Counted from the stretch's first letter, positions 1 through 13,535 are shown. The stretch is DNA of 64,000 nt from Octopus sinensis (GCF_006345805.1 NC_042999.1:106702001-106766000); one strand, 5' to 3'. The notes: a model not told the origin generated them from the sequence alone. Program-made: numbers and translations.

Positions 1-150
1 TCTGAGTTCTTTTACAGGGCTTAGAAAAACTGAAGGACTGCTGCAATAAGTGTGTGAATCTGAGAGGGTAGAATGTATAAAATTATAATTAACTGATCTT
101 CTTGTATTTTCTTGTACCCAAAGCCAGAAACTTTTCAGCATTCTCTCATA
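1..150 (+). mobile_element. mariner-type DNA transposon 3' end (transposase C-terminus remnant plus terminal repeat)
   Basis: Allowing frameshifts, 1-85 reads EFFLQGLEKLKDCCNKCVNLRG-type mariner C-terminus; followed by aaagccagaaacttttcagcattctctcata resembling a TA-flanked mariner TIR. Confidence 0.5.
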
Positions 151-705
151 CTTTATTCTAAAGTTTATAGCTTACATGTTGGAAGATTGTCCAGTTCTTC
201 ATCTTGTTAAGAAGTGAATCTAAATATAAGTCAGCTTGTCAGAGTCTCGGCCTCTTCAAGTGATTTGTGCTTATACATGGTCATTCAACTCAACTGAATT
301 TTCAGCTAAATCTTCTTTAAATCACTCTTTATCATATTAAAAATAAATGCCTTGGTCATTGGTCTGCACTGGAACTATGCAACAACAAGTACAACAACAA
401 TAAGAATAACAACAGTTTAGAATTCAAAGCAATAAATATGAAATATGCATAACAATTACAGTTGGTCATCCACCATATCTCTCTCCTTTTCACCTAATAC
501 CAATTGCATGTGTTTGATAATTAAACAATATAGTATAATTAACAGAATATATATTCCCAGCATCTCAAAATTTACACTGACACCCTATCTGGATCTCTCT
601 ATTTGATATATAAAAAAATGTATACCTCAAGACAAAGAAAACTTTATAAAGATTTCCTAAACCTGAAAGAAAAACTGTAGAGAGAGGGAACTTTAACAAA
701 CATAG

Positions 706-790
706 GTGCATGTGTGGCTGTGTGGTAAGAAGTTCACTTCCCAACCACATGTAAGTGGATTTGGTTGATGGAAACTGAAAGAAGCCCATT
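706..790 (+). mobile_element. internally deleted tRNA-derived SINE (family A)
   Basis: gtggctgtgtggtaagaagtt...ccaaccacatg joined directly to agtggatttggttgatggaaactgaaagaagccc, both matching the full copy at 18499-18877. Confidence 0.65.
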
Positions 791-796
791 TTGTAC

Positions 797-843
<47 letters not shown>

Positions 844-859
844 GTATTAATATATCATA

Positions 860-1150
860 TATTTACGAAATTGAGGTATTACACTCAATATACAAAATTA
901 TCAATATATTAAATAATAATAAATATTAGGGAATAAATCCAATTTTACAGGGAAAAATCAGATTTAGGATTGAATCCAATTTTATAGTAAAATATTATAT
1001 AATATTAATTAGAGACAAAACCACTATTTTGCAAATCAAACAAAGAAAGACTTAATCCAATACATAAAAAAATTTAATATAAATTAAATAAAATTAAATT
1101 CGCCACTACAATTGTTTCGTGTCTCTTCTAAGGACATTCATCAGGTGGAT
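860..1150 (-). mobile_element. Penelope-like element terminal repeat (pLTR), family A
   Basis: 920-1060 is the reverse complement of 6955-7110, which lies next to a decayed PLE RT; carries a hammerhead motif at 1103-1148. Confidence 0.6.
1103..1148 (-). ncRNA. type I hammerhead ribozyme motif (H1)
   Basis: Minus strand: CCAC-CUGAUGA-A-UGUC-cuuagaaga-GACA-C-GAAAC-AAUU-GUA-GUGG. Stem I CCAC/GUGG, stem II UGUC/GACA, palindromic stem III ACAAUUGU, GUA cleavage triplet. Confidence 0.8.
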
Positions 1151-1623
1151 TTCAGATCTAAAAATAATCAATATTTTTAAGATATAAATTTAAAATGACT
1201 AAAACTATAAATAATATAAATTTATCAATGAAAAAATATATATATATAATCTATATATAATCTATATATAATCAAGAACTAAAATAACCTCTATAAACAA
1301 TTGAATATAAAGAAACCTAGTATTTAAGTTCTCATATTTAAAGATGAAGAATCTAATTTCAAAAACCAAAAATAAAATATAAATACACACATACTCATAC
1401 ACATATATCTAAGTATATATAAACATATCTAAATACATACACTAACTCACACACCCATATATATATCTCTATACATACACATAAACATCTAGGCAACGAT
1501 AAATTAATAAAGTAGCCGTATACTTCTACACATTACTTATTCATACTCCCACACACACACATACAACCCTCATTCATAAACACACTCACTCTGCATGACA
1601 ACGACACATCCAGCAGTTTATGT

Positions 1624-1737
1624 GTGTGTGTGCTTGCGGTTGTCCCCCTACTGTCACTTGATAACCGATGCTGGTGTGCTTATGTCCCAAAACTTACTGG
1701 TTTGACAAAAGAGACTGATAGATTAAGTACTAGCCAG
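1624..1737 (+). mobile_element. SINE family A 3' fragment
   Basis: ttgtcccccta...cttgataaccgatgctggtgtg...aaaagagactgatagattaagtactag matches the 3' half of the copies at 18499-18877 and 57877-58243. Confidence 0.55.
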
Positions 1738-1739
1738 TC

Positions 1740-2120
1740 TTATTTGGCATGGTTTCTATGGCTGGCTGCCTTTTCTAATGCTACAACTGCAATTTTGTTT
1801 GACTTGATGGGTCTTCTTCTCAAGTACGACATAATGCCAAAAGTCTCAGTCATTGCCTCCGTGAGGCACAACACTCGAAAGGAGCTCAGCCACTTTGCCT
1901 CTGTGAGGCCCAACACTTAAAGAGTGCTTTTTACATGCCACCAGCATGGGTGCCAGTTACGTGATATCAGCATCAGCCACGACTACAATTTCACTTGGCT
2001 TGACGGTCTTCAGTTATTAATTATTGCTTCTGTGAAGTCCATAGTTCGAAGACCATGCTTCACCACCTTGTTCCATGTCTTCCTGGGTGTACCTCTAACA
2101 CTGGTTCCCTCTACAGTTAT
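1740..2120 (-). mobile_element. RTE-type LINE 3' end / RTE-associated SINE remnant
   Basis: Minus-strand VEGTSVRGTPRKTWNKVVKHGLRTMDFTEA resembles the RTE ORF C-terminus (GRPRKTW motif); downstream part resembles 4970-5180 and 44385-44640. Confidence 0.55.
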
Positions 2121-2261
2121 GTATATGCATTCATATATACCCACACATACATTTGGGATCTTCTATATAAAGATAGCTATTTCCTTCATTTTGCTGCTTT
2201 TCTTTCTCTGAAATGAGAAGATACATTGTAGAAGTGTTATTTTAATGAGTTGTGTTTATTT

Positions 2262-2364
2262 ATCACCCGATGAGACACATCTGCACTGCTGGCTCCTGAA
2301 CCAGTTTTTGAGTGTCCCACCCTTGAGGTATCAATGCTAAATGCATTGAAATAATTGTTGTGAT
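2262..2364 (+). ncRNA. hammerhead-like motif with CCGAUGA core and enlarged domain II (H2)
   Basis: AUCAC-CCGAUGA-(74 nt)-GAAAU-AAUU-GUU-GUGAU; stem I AUCAC/GUGAU perfect; flanks homologous to 26590-26790. Confidence 0.45.
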
Positions 2365-2408
2365 TAATAAATTCTCATATATTCCATCTTCTCTCTTTCA
2401 GTTACCAT

Positions 2409-2415
2409 ATATCTA

Positions 2416-2502
<87 letters not shown>

Positions 2503-2530
2503 TTATCTATCTACCTATCTATCTATCTAT
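2409..2530. repeat. (TATC)n microsatellite
   Basis: Direct reading. Confidence 0.95.
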
Positions 2531-2956
2531 ACATATAAATATGCACACACACCAAAATCTATATATTATTTTTATGTTGTAACTATGGCCATTTTCAATA
2601 ACTATCTGTTTTTACTTGCAACAGTATCTTTGTCAAATAAGAAATATATCGCTAATATATTAAAGGGAATTGGCATGATAATATTATGCTAGTTTGTACT
2701 TAAGGGCATATCAAATTAAAAACACTATTTCATTTTGTATTCTCCATTGCTCAAGGGTTATTGTATAATACTCTGCTGAGTATCATAACATCATTGTAGA
2801 TTATTTGGTTACATAGGGAAACACGGTTGCAGTTAAAGTATAAATATAGCAGAGATGAACCATTAAAAGCAATATTAATAAAACAGCATGAGAATTATTA
2901 ATATTATGTTTTATAATACATGCATACAGACATATATATATATATATATACATACA

Positions 2957-3005
<49 letters not shown>

Positions 3006-3060
3006 TTACATACATACACAAATACACATGTACACAGACTGACAGACAGATAGACAGACC

Positions 3061-3140
<80 letters not shown>

Positions 3141-3559
3141 CCCACTTCCCATCACATAAATATACACTTAATGACAAGAGCTAGGGCTGAGTGAGCAAAT
3201 ATGTGGATTGCTAACTAAAGCTTAAAAGTTCACATTAAGCCCCAGGTGATAAGATACTATCATGCTGTTGGGTGTTCAATAATTAGATTTTGTTTCCTTT
3301 TGAAACTGCAATCATTGAGTGGTGCAATGTTCAAACTGTCACGTTGCAATCCAAATGATCTATTAATGTATAGACACGGTTATGTAGTAGAAAAAGTTTG
3401 TTTTCCATGTACACAGTTCCAGCAGTTCCAGGTTAAATCATTCTGCACAGCTTCTTTGGTTAGAGAACTATAACATAATATTGGTTTGATCAATATCTTG
3501 TGAGTGAAATTTGAATGCAGAAATTGTGCAAAATCCTGTCATTCATTCATTGGAACATA

Positions 3560-3765
3560 CATACATGCACGCATGCATGCATGCATATATGCATACATAC
3601 ATACATACACACACACATACATACATACATACATACATACATACATACATACAAACATACATACATACATACATACAAACATACATACATACATACATAC
3701 ATACATACATACATACATACATACATACATACATACATACATACATACATACATACATACATACT
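3560..3765. repeat. (TACA)n microsatellite
   Basis: Direct reading; source of several spurious HTYI/MYVC ORFs. Confidence 0.95.
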
Positions 3766-4712
3766 TGGATGAATAGGTAGATGGATGAATGGATGAACTG
3801 ATAGATGGAGACACATGAATACCTGTACTTTAAGGATGAATTCCTTATGATGTTTGCCCTAGGACAAGTTACCAATTTCACCTTTTCATTCTCCCCATCA
3901 CAAACACTGTAAAGTAATGTTAGATCCCTTGAAATCTTATAATCAAAAATTCTTTTGTTCAACAAAATGAAAATGTGCATGGCAAAGTGTGTAATACTGA
4001 TCTCAAATATAAGTATAGTATAACTAATGTTATCATACAAGTGGAAAAACAGGCCTGTGGATTGTGCCTGGTCATTTAGAAGACCCTTTTGCATTACATA
4101 AGACCACACAATCAGAGCTTGTCTGAAGTAACACTTGCAGCAACACCAAGCAATTTTTCTTGGTCATTATAAGTGATAGACATACTAGTTCCGATAAATA
4201 TGGTTGATTTAAGGAGTCTGAGAATATATTTACAAATATGTCATATTAAAAAGGCTTTTTGAACAAACTATATCTAAGTTATTAAAACCTATGGTATTTT
4301 AACAAACACAAACTCAAACCCATGAATACACCCATTTGTCTTCCCATATGTAGAAATGCTGTGCAATGTAAACAAAGCAAATGGATGCCGTGTTAGTTTT
4401 CACAATGAGTATTTTGCATGTTTGAACTGTACTTTTAACATGTTAAATTATGTAAAGGTCGATGACCCCACAAACACATGTATGATCATTGAAATGTTCA
4501 GGGAGAATTAATATCAGACTGTGTGTCATGTTTAAAATATAGCCACAATTCAATCTACAACACAATGAATGCTAAATCCAGGATATCGTTGCAAAATGAA
4601 CTTGTAAACCATTTGTTCTTAGCAACAACATATAAAACATATACACAATACATATGCATACATATATGCATACACACACACACATGTATATACATATACA
4701 TATATATATACA

Positions 4713-4772
<60 letters not shown>

Positions 4773-4813
4773 TATGCATACACACATACATATATATATA
4801 TATGTATATATGC

Positions 4814-4854
<41 letters not shown>

Positions 4855-4885
4855 TCTATATATATATATATATATATATATATGC

Positions 4886-4920
<35 letters not shown>

Positions 4921-4969
4921 AGATCACCTCCACCAATTCTCTCTCCCACTCTCAAAGGATCTTTATCTT

Positions 4970-5180
4970 GAAAGTTACTTGGTAACCCTGCCAGTGCTGG
5001 TGCCACGTAAAATGCACTCAGTTCGCTCTGTTCAGTGGTTGGTCCTTGGAACGGCATCCAGCCGTAAAAACTGTGCCAAAACAGACACAGAGCTCTAATG
5101 CAGTCTTCTATCTGGTCATCTCCTGTCAAACCGTGCAACCCACGCCAACATTAACGTGGACGCTGAGTGATGATGCTGAC
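4970..5180 (+). mobile_element. SINE-like repeat (family C, GAT-type tail)
   Basis: gtgctggtgccacgtaaaatgcac...ggcatccagccgtaaaaac...ctcctgtcaaaccgtgcaacccacgcc...gatgatg; similar to 44385-44640. Confidence 0.5.
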
Positions 5181-5817
5181 AAGGAGGATCTGCATATATG
5201 TATAGGTAAAAAATTAGGGCGTGCGTACGCTGCATAAAAAATATTTTCAGGGTCAAATAAAAAAAAGAAAACAAATGGAAAATTTAACGTACATAAATAT
5301 AATTATTAAAAATAAAGTGTTGTAAATAAATAAACAAACGAACATATTCTAAATACACAGCCGAACAGAAAACACAGAAGGTCACCAAATCAGTTATCAG
5401 CCAGTGGGTCAAACGTAATTTCGGCTATTATCGATAATATTGATTCCACTTTGGAGGCACCGGCAAGGAACTTGCCGGGAGTGGGACCAAAGCATAAGAA
5501 AATGAGACGGACTCGAGACGAGACCGTTAGTGAACGGACGAGGGACAAACGAATTAACAGAATACAGGCTTAGGGCCAGACGAAGACAAAGGTTAGTAAT
5601 AATAATATTACATATACAACAAAAAAGCTGTGGACCTCCAAGAATGATGAAAGTGGGTAACGCAAAGGAGAAATTAAAACTGTCCGATAGGACAATAGAC
5701 ACAGGAGGGTAGAACGAGGAGCACAGGGAATCGTGACCGGTTCGGTCGAAGGCTACGTGAAAAACAATGACACTGCCTTAAATATATATATATATATACA
5801 TACATATACATACACAC

Positions 5818-5899
<82 letters not shown>

Positions 5900-6749
5900 G
5901 GTTCTAGTCTTTTTCATTCGCAAAATGAACCCCCTTTAATTTTACTCAGCTTACTTTCAGTTTTGGTTTATCGATGCAATGAACAGGTGACACGCTAAAC
6001 TATAAATTTCACAGAGTACAACGTTAAAGTTGACGCCGCTCCGCAAAACGCAGACATATTCTGCCTCACTACTAGCTAAAAATACAGTTTTTCCAATTTT
6101 TTAACACTGTAACTTCTTCCTCCAATTTTTTTCTCCACTTCATCATACCTTCATAGCAATGAGACTGGAAGACTACATTATCGTAGCCGATTTTCAGATT
6201 TTTACTTCTTTTAAATAAGGGTAGAAATTGATATTAATCAATTAAAACCAGTGTCTTAGCATATTTTAAAAATCCGAAGATTAAAAATTATGTTACATAC
6301 AAAATTATTTAATTTTTAAAAAAATATGCTCTCTAACCGGTAAATTGGATGCTGTAATTTATTAACTGCAGAGTAATTTTCGACCTCAGCGCGCCAAAGT
6401 GAAGGCATTTGAAAGATACACCCAAATATAATTTGTAGAACATTATACATAATCGATTTCGGTTGAGCGTTCTGTATCTAGTTCTGGAAATGATGTTTTG
6501 TAAACGACAGACTATGCTGATGATCTTGCAGATATTTTCGTGTTCATATACGTAAATATTAACAAGTGAAGCCATGGTACATAGGTAATCGTTTATTATT
6601 TCGTATAGTTTCATTTGTCTTGCTTATTTTTACATTTTGTTTTTTTGCTGAGATTTTTCGTGAGAACACATTCTTCGTGGTAATGACGATTTGACGTCTA
6701 TGTTTAGCATATAGGGTGTCCACTTTAGTGGTCATTACTCTAAATTTTG

Positions 6750-6801
<52 letters not shown>

Positions 6802-6805
<4 letters not shown>

Positions 6806-7115
6806 TAAATTAGAAATAAAACCACTATTAGGCAAATCATATATATATATATTTGTATATATATATAAAATTATAAGTTAAAATTTATAAGTTTAAATTA
6901 TTTAAATAATTTTTTATTTTTAACTTTTATATTTTTAAATTAATTTTACGTATTGGCTTATGTTTTTCACTGTTTGATTTGCCTAATAGTGGTTTTATCT
7001 CTAATTTAATATAATATAATATATTTATACTATAAAATTGGATTTAATCCTAAATCTAATTTTTACCTGTAAGTTTGGATTTATTCCCTAATATTATTAT
7101 TATATATATTTATAT
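6802..7115. mobile_element. Penelope-like pLTR family A fragments in inverted arrangement
   Basis: 38-bp inverted arms 6802-6839 and 6975-7012; 6955-7110 matches 920-1060 in reverse complement; adjacent to PLE RT remnant. Confidence 0.6.
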
Positions 7116-7221
7116 AAACAACGTATTTAAAGTGTTAATTACTATAGATTTAGAATTTACCATGGTACAGTTCATTTTGCTGGTTGTTGTAAAACTATGC
7201 GGTGATGAATCTAGTTCACTG

Positions 7222-7252
<31 letters not shown>

Positions 7253-7334
7253 TGTGTGCGTGCGTGTGTGCGTGTTTGTCTGTGTGTCTGTGTGTGTTTC
7301 TGTCCGTCTGTGTCTGCGTATGTGTGTGTGTGTT

Positions 7335-8290
7335 TAATAAATAATCTGACGAAATCCTAAATCTCTATTCGAGCATAGCTGCGTATGGTTATATCGGAAA
7401 GTTAATTTCGATGTTTCTTAGCTAACAGAAAAAAAAAACTATAATAAAATAATGACTTCCTTGTAACCATTGGAATACTAATACTGTTGTCGGCAATGGC
7501 TGAGTAATTTTTTTTCCAAGTTCTAGGACTGTCAGCTAGAAGACTTTTAGAAATGGAACTGATCAATTCTGCAATAATTAATTGAGTGAATTTGCAATGG
7601 AATTAATCTTCGATTATAGGAGAGCTGGAACGTTTCTAGTCAATTAAGTTTGTTCTGTGTTGCAGTTTTAAGTTTAAAGACTCTAAAATATATTTGATAA
7701 CTATTTTTAACTCACTTTTTGTTGGTATAATGAGTTTATGCCTTGCATTAGCCGTAAAATTGCTGTCCATTAATTATATGTATGGCTTGTGTGGATTATG
7801 ATATTATTCGATTCGCTATATTTATGTGGGTTGATAGGACTTTGGTCTCATTCATGATCATATTATATGCCGTTGGGATTTTTGCGTGAATTTGTTATGT
7901 TATTTAAAACTATCTAGTGTACTCTTATCTAACTGGTTCTGTAAGCTTGTATACAGTTTCAATTTATGAAAACTGATAAATGTTCATTTAATGAGCTTTG
8001 GAAAGTGTTTGTTTAATTATCAAGTTTTTCTTTTTATGTATTTAAGTTAAATATGATTCAAGCTCTTCTGTTGTGGTAGATTTCTGATTATTCCAAAGCC
8101 AAATTTCTTTTCTGTAAGTATCTTGTTAATGGTCTATCGAAGAAACATGCCATCTAGTTTACTCTTCTTTCTACGTTCTCAATTATCTCTATTAGTTATC
8201 TGAAATAGAGTTGTATTTAAAAATGTTTTACTTGTTTATTTTTTACAAAACTGCATTTTCTATTTAAACTAAAGTACAGCTTAGATCTTG
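7335..8290 (-). pseudogene. decayed Penelope-like reverse transcriptase
   Basis: Manual minus-strand translation: NFTANARHKLIIPTKSELKIVIKYILE (7681-7760), CKFTQLIIAEL, TRKSLFYY, DITIRSYARIEI*DFVRLFI, collinear with PLE RT motifs RLINPxKSELG / FxQFDIxxFYPSI / RKSLLF / FDVTMGSYDGAEVCELVG. Firm homology covers about 7335-7790; the 5' limit is approximate. Confidence 0.75.
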
Positions 8291-8578
8291 AATAGAGGAG
8301 TACAAAGACGACGAGTTTGTCGTACACAATAATATGAAAAGCATGAAGTCACCAAACTAAGAAATACGCCAATTAGTGCTTCTAAATAATTTGATTTACA
8401 CATTTTGATACATACAAAGCTTAAGATAAGAAACTTCCTATATGGATGAATGAATTTGCCTGTATTATCACTTTTTAAAACTTATTTTTGCTCCATAAAA
8501 GCATTTAAAACATTTATATATATATATATATATGACAAGGTTTGAAGTATATTAATATCTATATCCATTCATCCATCC

Positions 8579-8638
<60 letters not shown>

Positions 8639-8862
8639 AAGGCTAGGCCAAAAGTTACCCGAGAGTAAATCAAAATACTATCTGTAATTCTGTATTGACT
8701 CGAATGGAAAAATGTGTAACTCAAGGACTTCAGTTTGAACAATTTTCATGATGTTTCATATTTAAATGCTTTTATTCAGTTGTTAAACATAAATATATCT
8801 TGAAATTAAATGGTTTTGATTTACTGTCAAGTGACATTTATACACACACACACACACACATT

Positions 8863-8954
<92 letters not shown>

Positions 8955-10939
8955 ATTTTCTAAGGCCGTATTTTGTTCGACTGTTTGTCCTCGTCCACCG
9001 TCCTAAATCCCGCTCTGTGTCGGTTTGCTTGTTTTGTTTCGTTTTGTTTGCTCTTGTCCCTAATTCTTCTCAAGAAAATGTTTTTTGCGGTCACTGCCAT
9101 TTGGGAAGCACTTAGTCTTATCGTTAAGGGTGCGAAACTGAAGAGTACCATTAATCGATTACTGATGAAGAATTATGGACTTTCTGTTTGTCACCCGTTT
9201 GATTTTACATTATGACATACGTTATGTTGTTTGTACATTTTGTCATTTATATATATAATTAAGGAGAGAAACAAATTTCACCACAGTATACAATATACAT
9301 AGATGCGTTCACATATATGAGATATGATAAAAAATTTGTAGGAATTTATAAGCACATATACATACGAAGATTTATAAATATATAAAAATTCATAAATATA
9401 TAAACACATAAATATAAATTCATAGATGTACTTGCGAAGTGCGAATGCCAGTGTTAGAATGAATGAGAAGGGTTATAAGAAAGTTAGTATAAAATATTGT
9501 ATTATATATCCATCACGGCTGATCTTGCCAATCGGTTTTGCGCAAGGAATACAATGGAGTGCTAGATAACAATCCGATTATATAACCTTACGTTCATCAG
9601 AGTTAGCTGATATGGAAGGGAATATGGCGTCTGTTCTCAATTGTCAGAGGTCGATTAACACAACCGATGCACGAACACACTTTCATATTCATACATAAAT
9701 ACATGCCTACATACATATATATACATATGTGGGAATGCTGTTAATTCCTGATGATTGTCACTGCTTTCATAATCTTTAACCATCATCCTTCAGACATTTC
9801 TTTACCAAAACTACTCCATTCTTTTGCCTTAGAAATCAGTGATTTCATTATGAAGCCATACATCATCGACCTCTTATGCAATGTTCATTTTACGATATCA
9901 TACATACTAGTGAATCGGTCTTGTATTAGGTTCTGATGAAATTACGAGTATTGTTCCCTAACCATTGATGTAATCGTCTAACTACGATACTTAGTTATTT
10001 TCTTTTGTATCTCAGTGCCAATACATCCGTCTTTTGATATTGTACTGTCAATGCACAACGAGTCTAGTACAGCTTTCAAATTAATGGAATTACTTTGGTA
10101 ATGTCTTTCTATGTTGATATACAAGTCGGTTTGAATGGCACTTTAATTTCATGTTTACTTTAAAACCTTCTTTGGTGTAATGCAGAATCCACGATCTTCT
10201 GTATATGATGTAATTTATGAGCAGCTGGCATGCCATCTGCATGTAGTGGTTTGCTAACAAGGACATGGATATTTCTCATTTCTGTTCAATAAAGGGTGAC
10301 GTTGGAGAGGTCTTAACTTTGATTAGACTGTAACATTCGTCCTGAAGATTACGAAAATCTTCTCCAGTACTGCTGCATGAATTCTGAAAATGCCAATATA
10401 CTTGCATATCTAACAGCGTTTGCTACAGTAAATTCTTCCAGTGTTTCCTGCATTCTTTACTTTCCCCAAAAGTATCAATCTTTCTGGACTATAATATTTT
10501 TGTCATTAGCAGGCATGGGCTAAACCTATCCACACTATTGAATGTCTTTGTATGGTCAACATTTATCATGTGCATGGAGCTATCTTTTTCTGTGCATTTC
10601 TCTTGGATGTGTTAGGGACAGTAGATCATGTATACAATACGACAATTTGATCAGAAACAATATTGTGTCTCTAGTGCTATTTTATGAAGTTTATAGGCAG
10701 CTAATTCCATAATCTTTCCATATTTCAACAAGAATTTTACCTCAACAAGGTGCTCTGCCATTCGAGAGAAAGAGGCTTCCTCCAAACAATGGTTGCTCTG
10801 TTGGTATTTCATCGAGGAATGATCTGACAATACACTGTTAGATCTTAGCAAGTTTCAGCGAGTCTATGTGACCTGGCACATTGAACCGTTAATAAGAGGG
10901 TTCAGTCCTTTTATTCAATACTTTATTATCTGAAAGCAC

Positions 10940-11137
10940 TTTATCTGAAATTTGGGGGGAAGGGGCCAGACGATTACATCAACCCGAGTGCGTAACTGGT
11001 ACTCATTTCATCGACCCCGAAAGGATGAAAGGTGAAGTCTACCTCGGCGGAATTTTATCTCGGAACATAAAGACGGATGAAATGCCGCTAAGCATTTTGC
11101 TCGGTGTGCTAACGATTTTGCAGCTAACAAATCGCCT
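10940..11137 (-). mobile_element. tRNA-derived SINE (family B)
   Basis: Reverse complement of the 52546-52761 body (cattttgctcggtgtgctaacg; atcgaccccgaaaggatgaaagg). Confidence 0.8.
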
Positions 11138-11877
11138 GTCAATGCTTGGAACAAGACCGCATCCACATTTTCTTGCGTTCGGTTTTCTGATTGAATATAT
11201 ATTATTCATTATTGCTAATTCAAACTCATTACTTAAAGAGAGTAAAAATTCTTCATCGACGTTACAGCTACTAACATTGTTTTCCCATAACAACGGTCAG
11301 TTTCTACAAGGTTTTCCAAATTCTAGCATTGGAGTCTCTCTCTCTCTCATAGTAGTTTGTCAGTGTGAAGGATGTTGCGTAATGTATATATTACCTTTAG
11401 TGCTTTCCCTGAGATTTGTCCCATATATACTAATTATGAATGAATATATACTAATTATGAATACATATGAGCATATATACTAATTATGAATGTAGTCTCA
11501 TCCCGTTCTGGTGTTATCATGGATAAAGGTAATTATTTGAGCTTCTTTATAGCGAATCCACCAACCAGTTCTCAGTGTTCACTTTCAGCTTACTACCCTC
11601 GAAAATGTGTATTTCATATCGGTAATATTACAATAAATAACGTTTCGTATAAAACTACTATATCGAAGCAGAATTTCTCAAGTCCTGTTTCTACCTATAT
11701 AGAAAGTCATAATATTGTTATGATAGACACATTAAAAACTAATGTTGACCCACGTTTCCCTAAATATTAGATTTTAAATTCCTTGGAGAATAAATAAGAA
11801 TAAGTAATTAACTTTGCATTCAGTATATTGATATATATCTCTGGGTATTACATGACTAAATACACATAAGCCCACAT

Positions 11878-11983
<106 letters not shown>

Positions 11984-12267
11984 ATATATATATATATATA
12001 TACACATACATATATGTATACATATATATATATATACATATATTATATATATATATATACACATACATATATGTATACATATATATATATATAATATATA
12101 TATATATATGTGTGTGTATATATATATATATGTGTGTGTATATATATATATATGTGTGTGTATATATATATATATACACATACATATATGTATACATATA
12201 TATATATATAGATATATATATATATACACATACATATATGTATACATATATATATATATATATATAT

Positions 12268-13461
12268 GTGAGGAAAGATTTTATGTTTATATAAAAAAAA
12301 CAGATATATAATAACATAATAACTTTATTTATCAAAAAAATGCTATGAAGATAAAAATAAACCTTCTTTTCTATAATGTTATTCAATAAAGCCACCTTCA
12401 GCTTCAACAGCTGCTTCTATATGAGATCTAAATCATCTACATGCTTAAAACAAGTGGTCGTGATTCATTTTGGACATTACTCTGATTATGTCAGCTTTCA
12501 AAGTATCTTTGGTTTTATGGACGTCGTCATTGACCACATTCTCAACAACGTTCCACATGTAATAGTCCAATCTGCAGAATTAGGAGGCCAAATATTAGGG
12601 GCTATGTGACCATGAAACTTTTCAACCATCCATTCCTGTGTTACTGGATCCATGTGTGATAGTCCAGAATCTCCCTGAAACACATATAGCCTTCCATTGC
12701 ATACACTGTCTTGACAATTATTTCCAGGACCTCAATGTAGGCGGCAGAGTTAACTCTGAGGCCTTGTGGAAAGAAGCGTCACATGTCCTTCATTGCCGAC
12801 AACCCTTAAAATTATGACAGTTGCAGGAAATTTTGTATGCATAACACTTGGAATTTCAGAAAAGTCTGCACGTAACCACCTGTCATTTCTTCTGTTAACT
12901 TTTTGATGATCCTGGTTGAATTTTTTCTCGTTTGAGGAAAAACGAATCAGCTTCTTCTGCTGGATTTTTCAATTTGTTTTAAGAGATCTGATGTGGTATT
13001 TTCTTTTGCTTTTTCTGACAAATTGACCTTCCCTCATCATATATCTGATGTCTTCGTGAACATTTCTAACTGTTACTTCTGACTACTTTTGCAATTGACC
13101 TCATGGACTTTCTGAAATGTAATCAATGTAATGTTGAACCTGCTGGATAAATTCAGGTTTTCGGATGATTTCAGAGTATTTAGAATGCTCTTTATGCTTT
13201 GATACTGGTAATACGTTTCCATTTTCAGTCTCTAGCTCCTTACAAACTTTGTAGAGGAAAGATCTGACAAATTTTATAAATTGGGATATTTCTAAATCTC
13301 TATGCTCAGCTTTTATAACCACAATAACAGCATGGCTCTTCATTTTTTTAAGTACGCTGTGGGTCTGCCATTATTATTTTCTGAAACAAAGATCATACTG
13401 AGTTAGCAAAAAATGCAGCAATGACCCAAAACTTTATGTCCTCAAATACCTTACTCACCCC

Positions 13462-13464
<3 letters not shown>
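12268..13464 (-). mobile_element. decayed Tc1/mariner DNA transposon
   Basis: Minus ORFs 13101-13343 (N-terminal HTH-like) and 12498-12683 (FQGDSGLSH...TQEW...WPPNSAD, DDE region); TIR tgtcctcaaataccttactcaccccg+TA at 13437-13464; partial counterpart at 12268. Confidence 0.75.

Positions 13465-13535
<71 letters not shown>

Noticed and set aside
175-375. AG...GT-bounded stretch on the minus strand resembling an exon
   Set aside because: All three frames contain stops; no recognisable protein.
7350-7400. ctgacga...ggaaa as a hammerhead
   Set aside because: It is the antisense of PLE RT coding sequence; no stems form.
9130-9180. GAAAC-UGAAGA-GUA...CUGAUGA as a permuted hammerhead
   Set aside because: Stem III forms but stems I and II do not pair.
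10300-10620. Possible piggyBac transposase remnant (SVDRF...HWKNL...LLD, minus strand)
   Set aside because: Too degenerate to support without a profile search.
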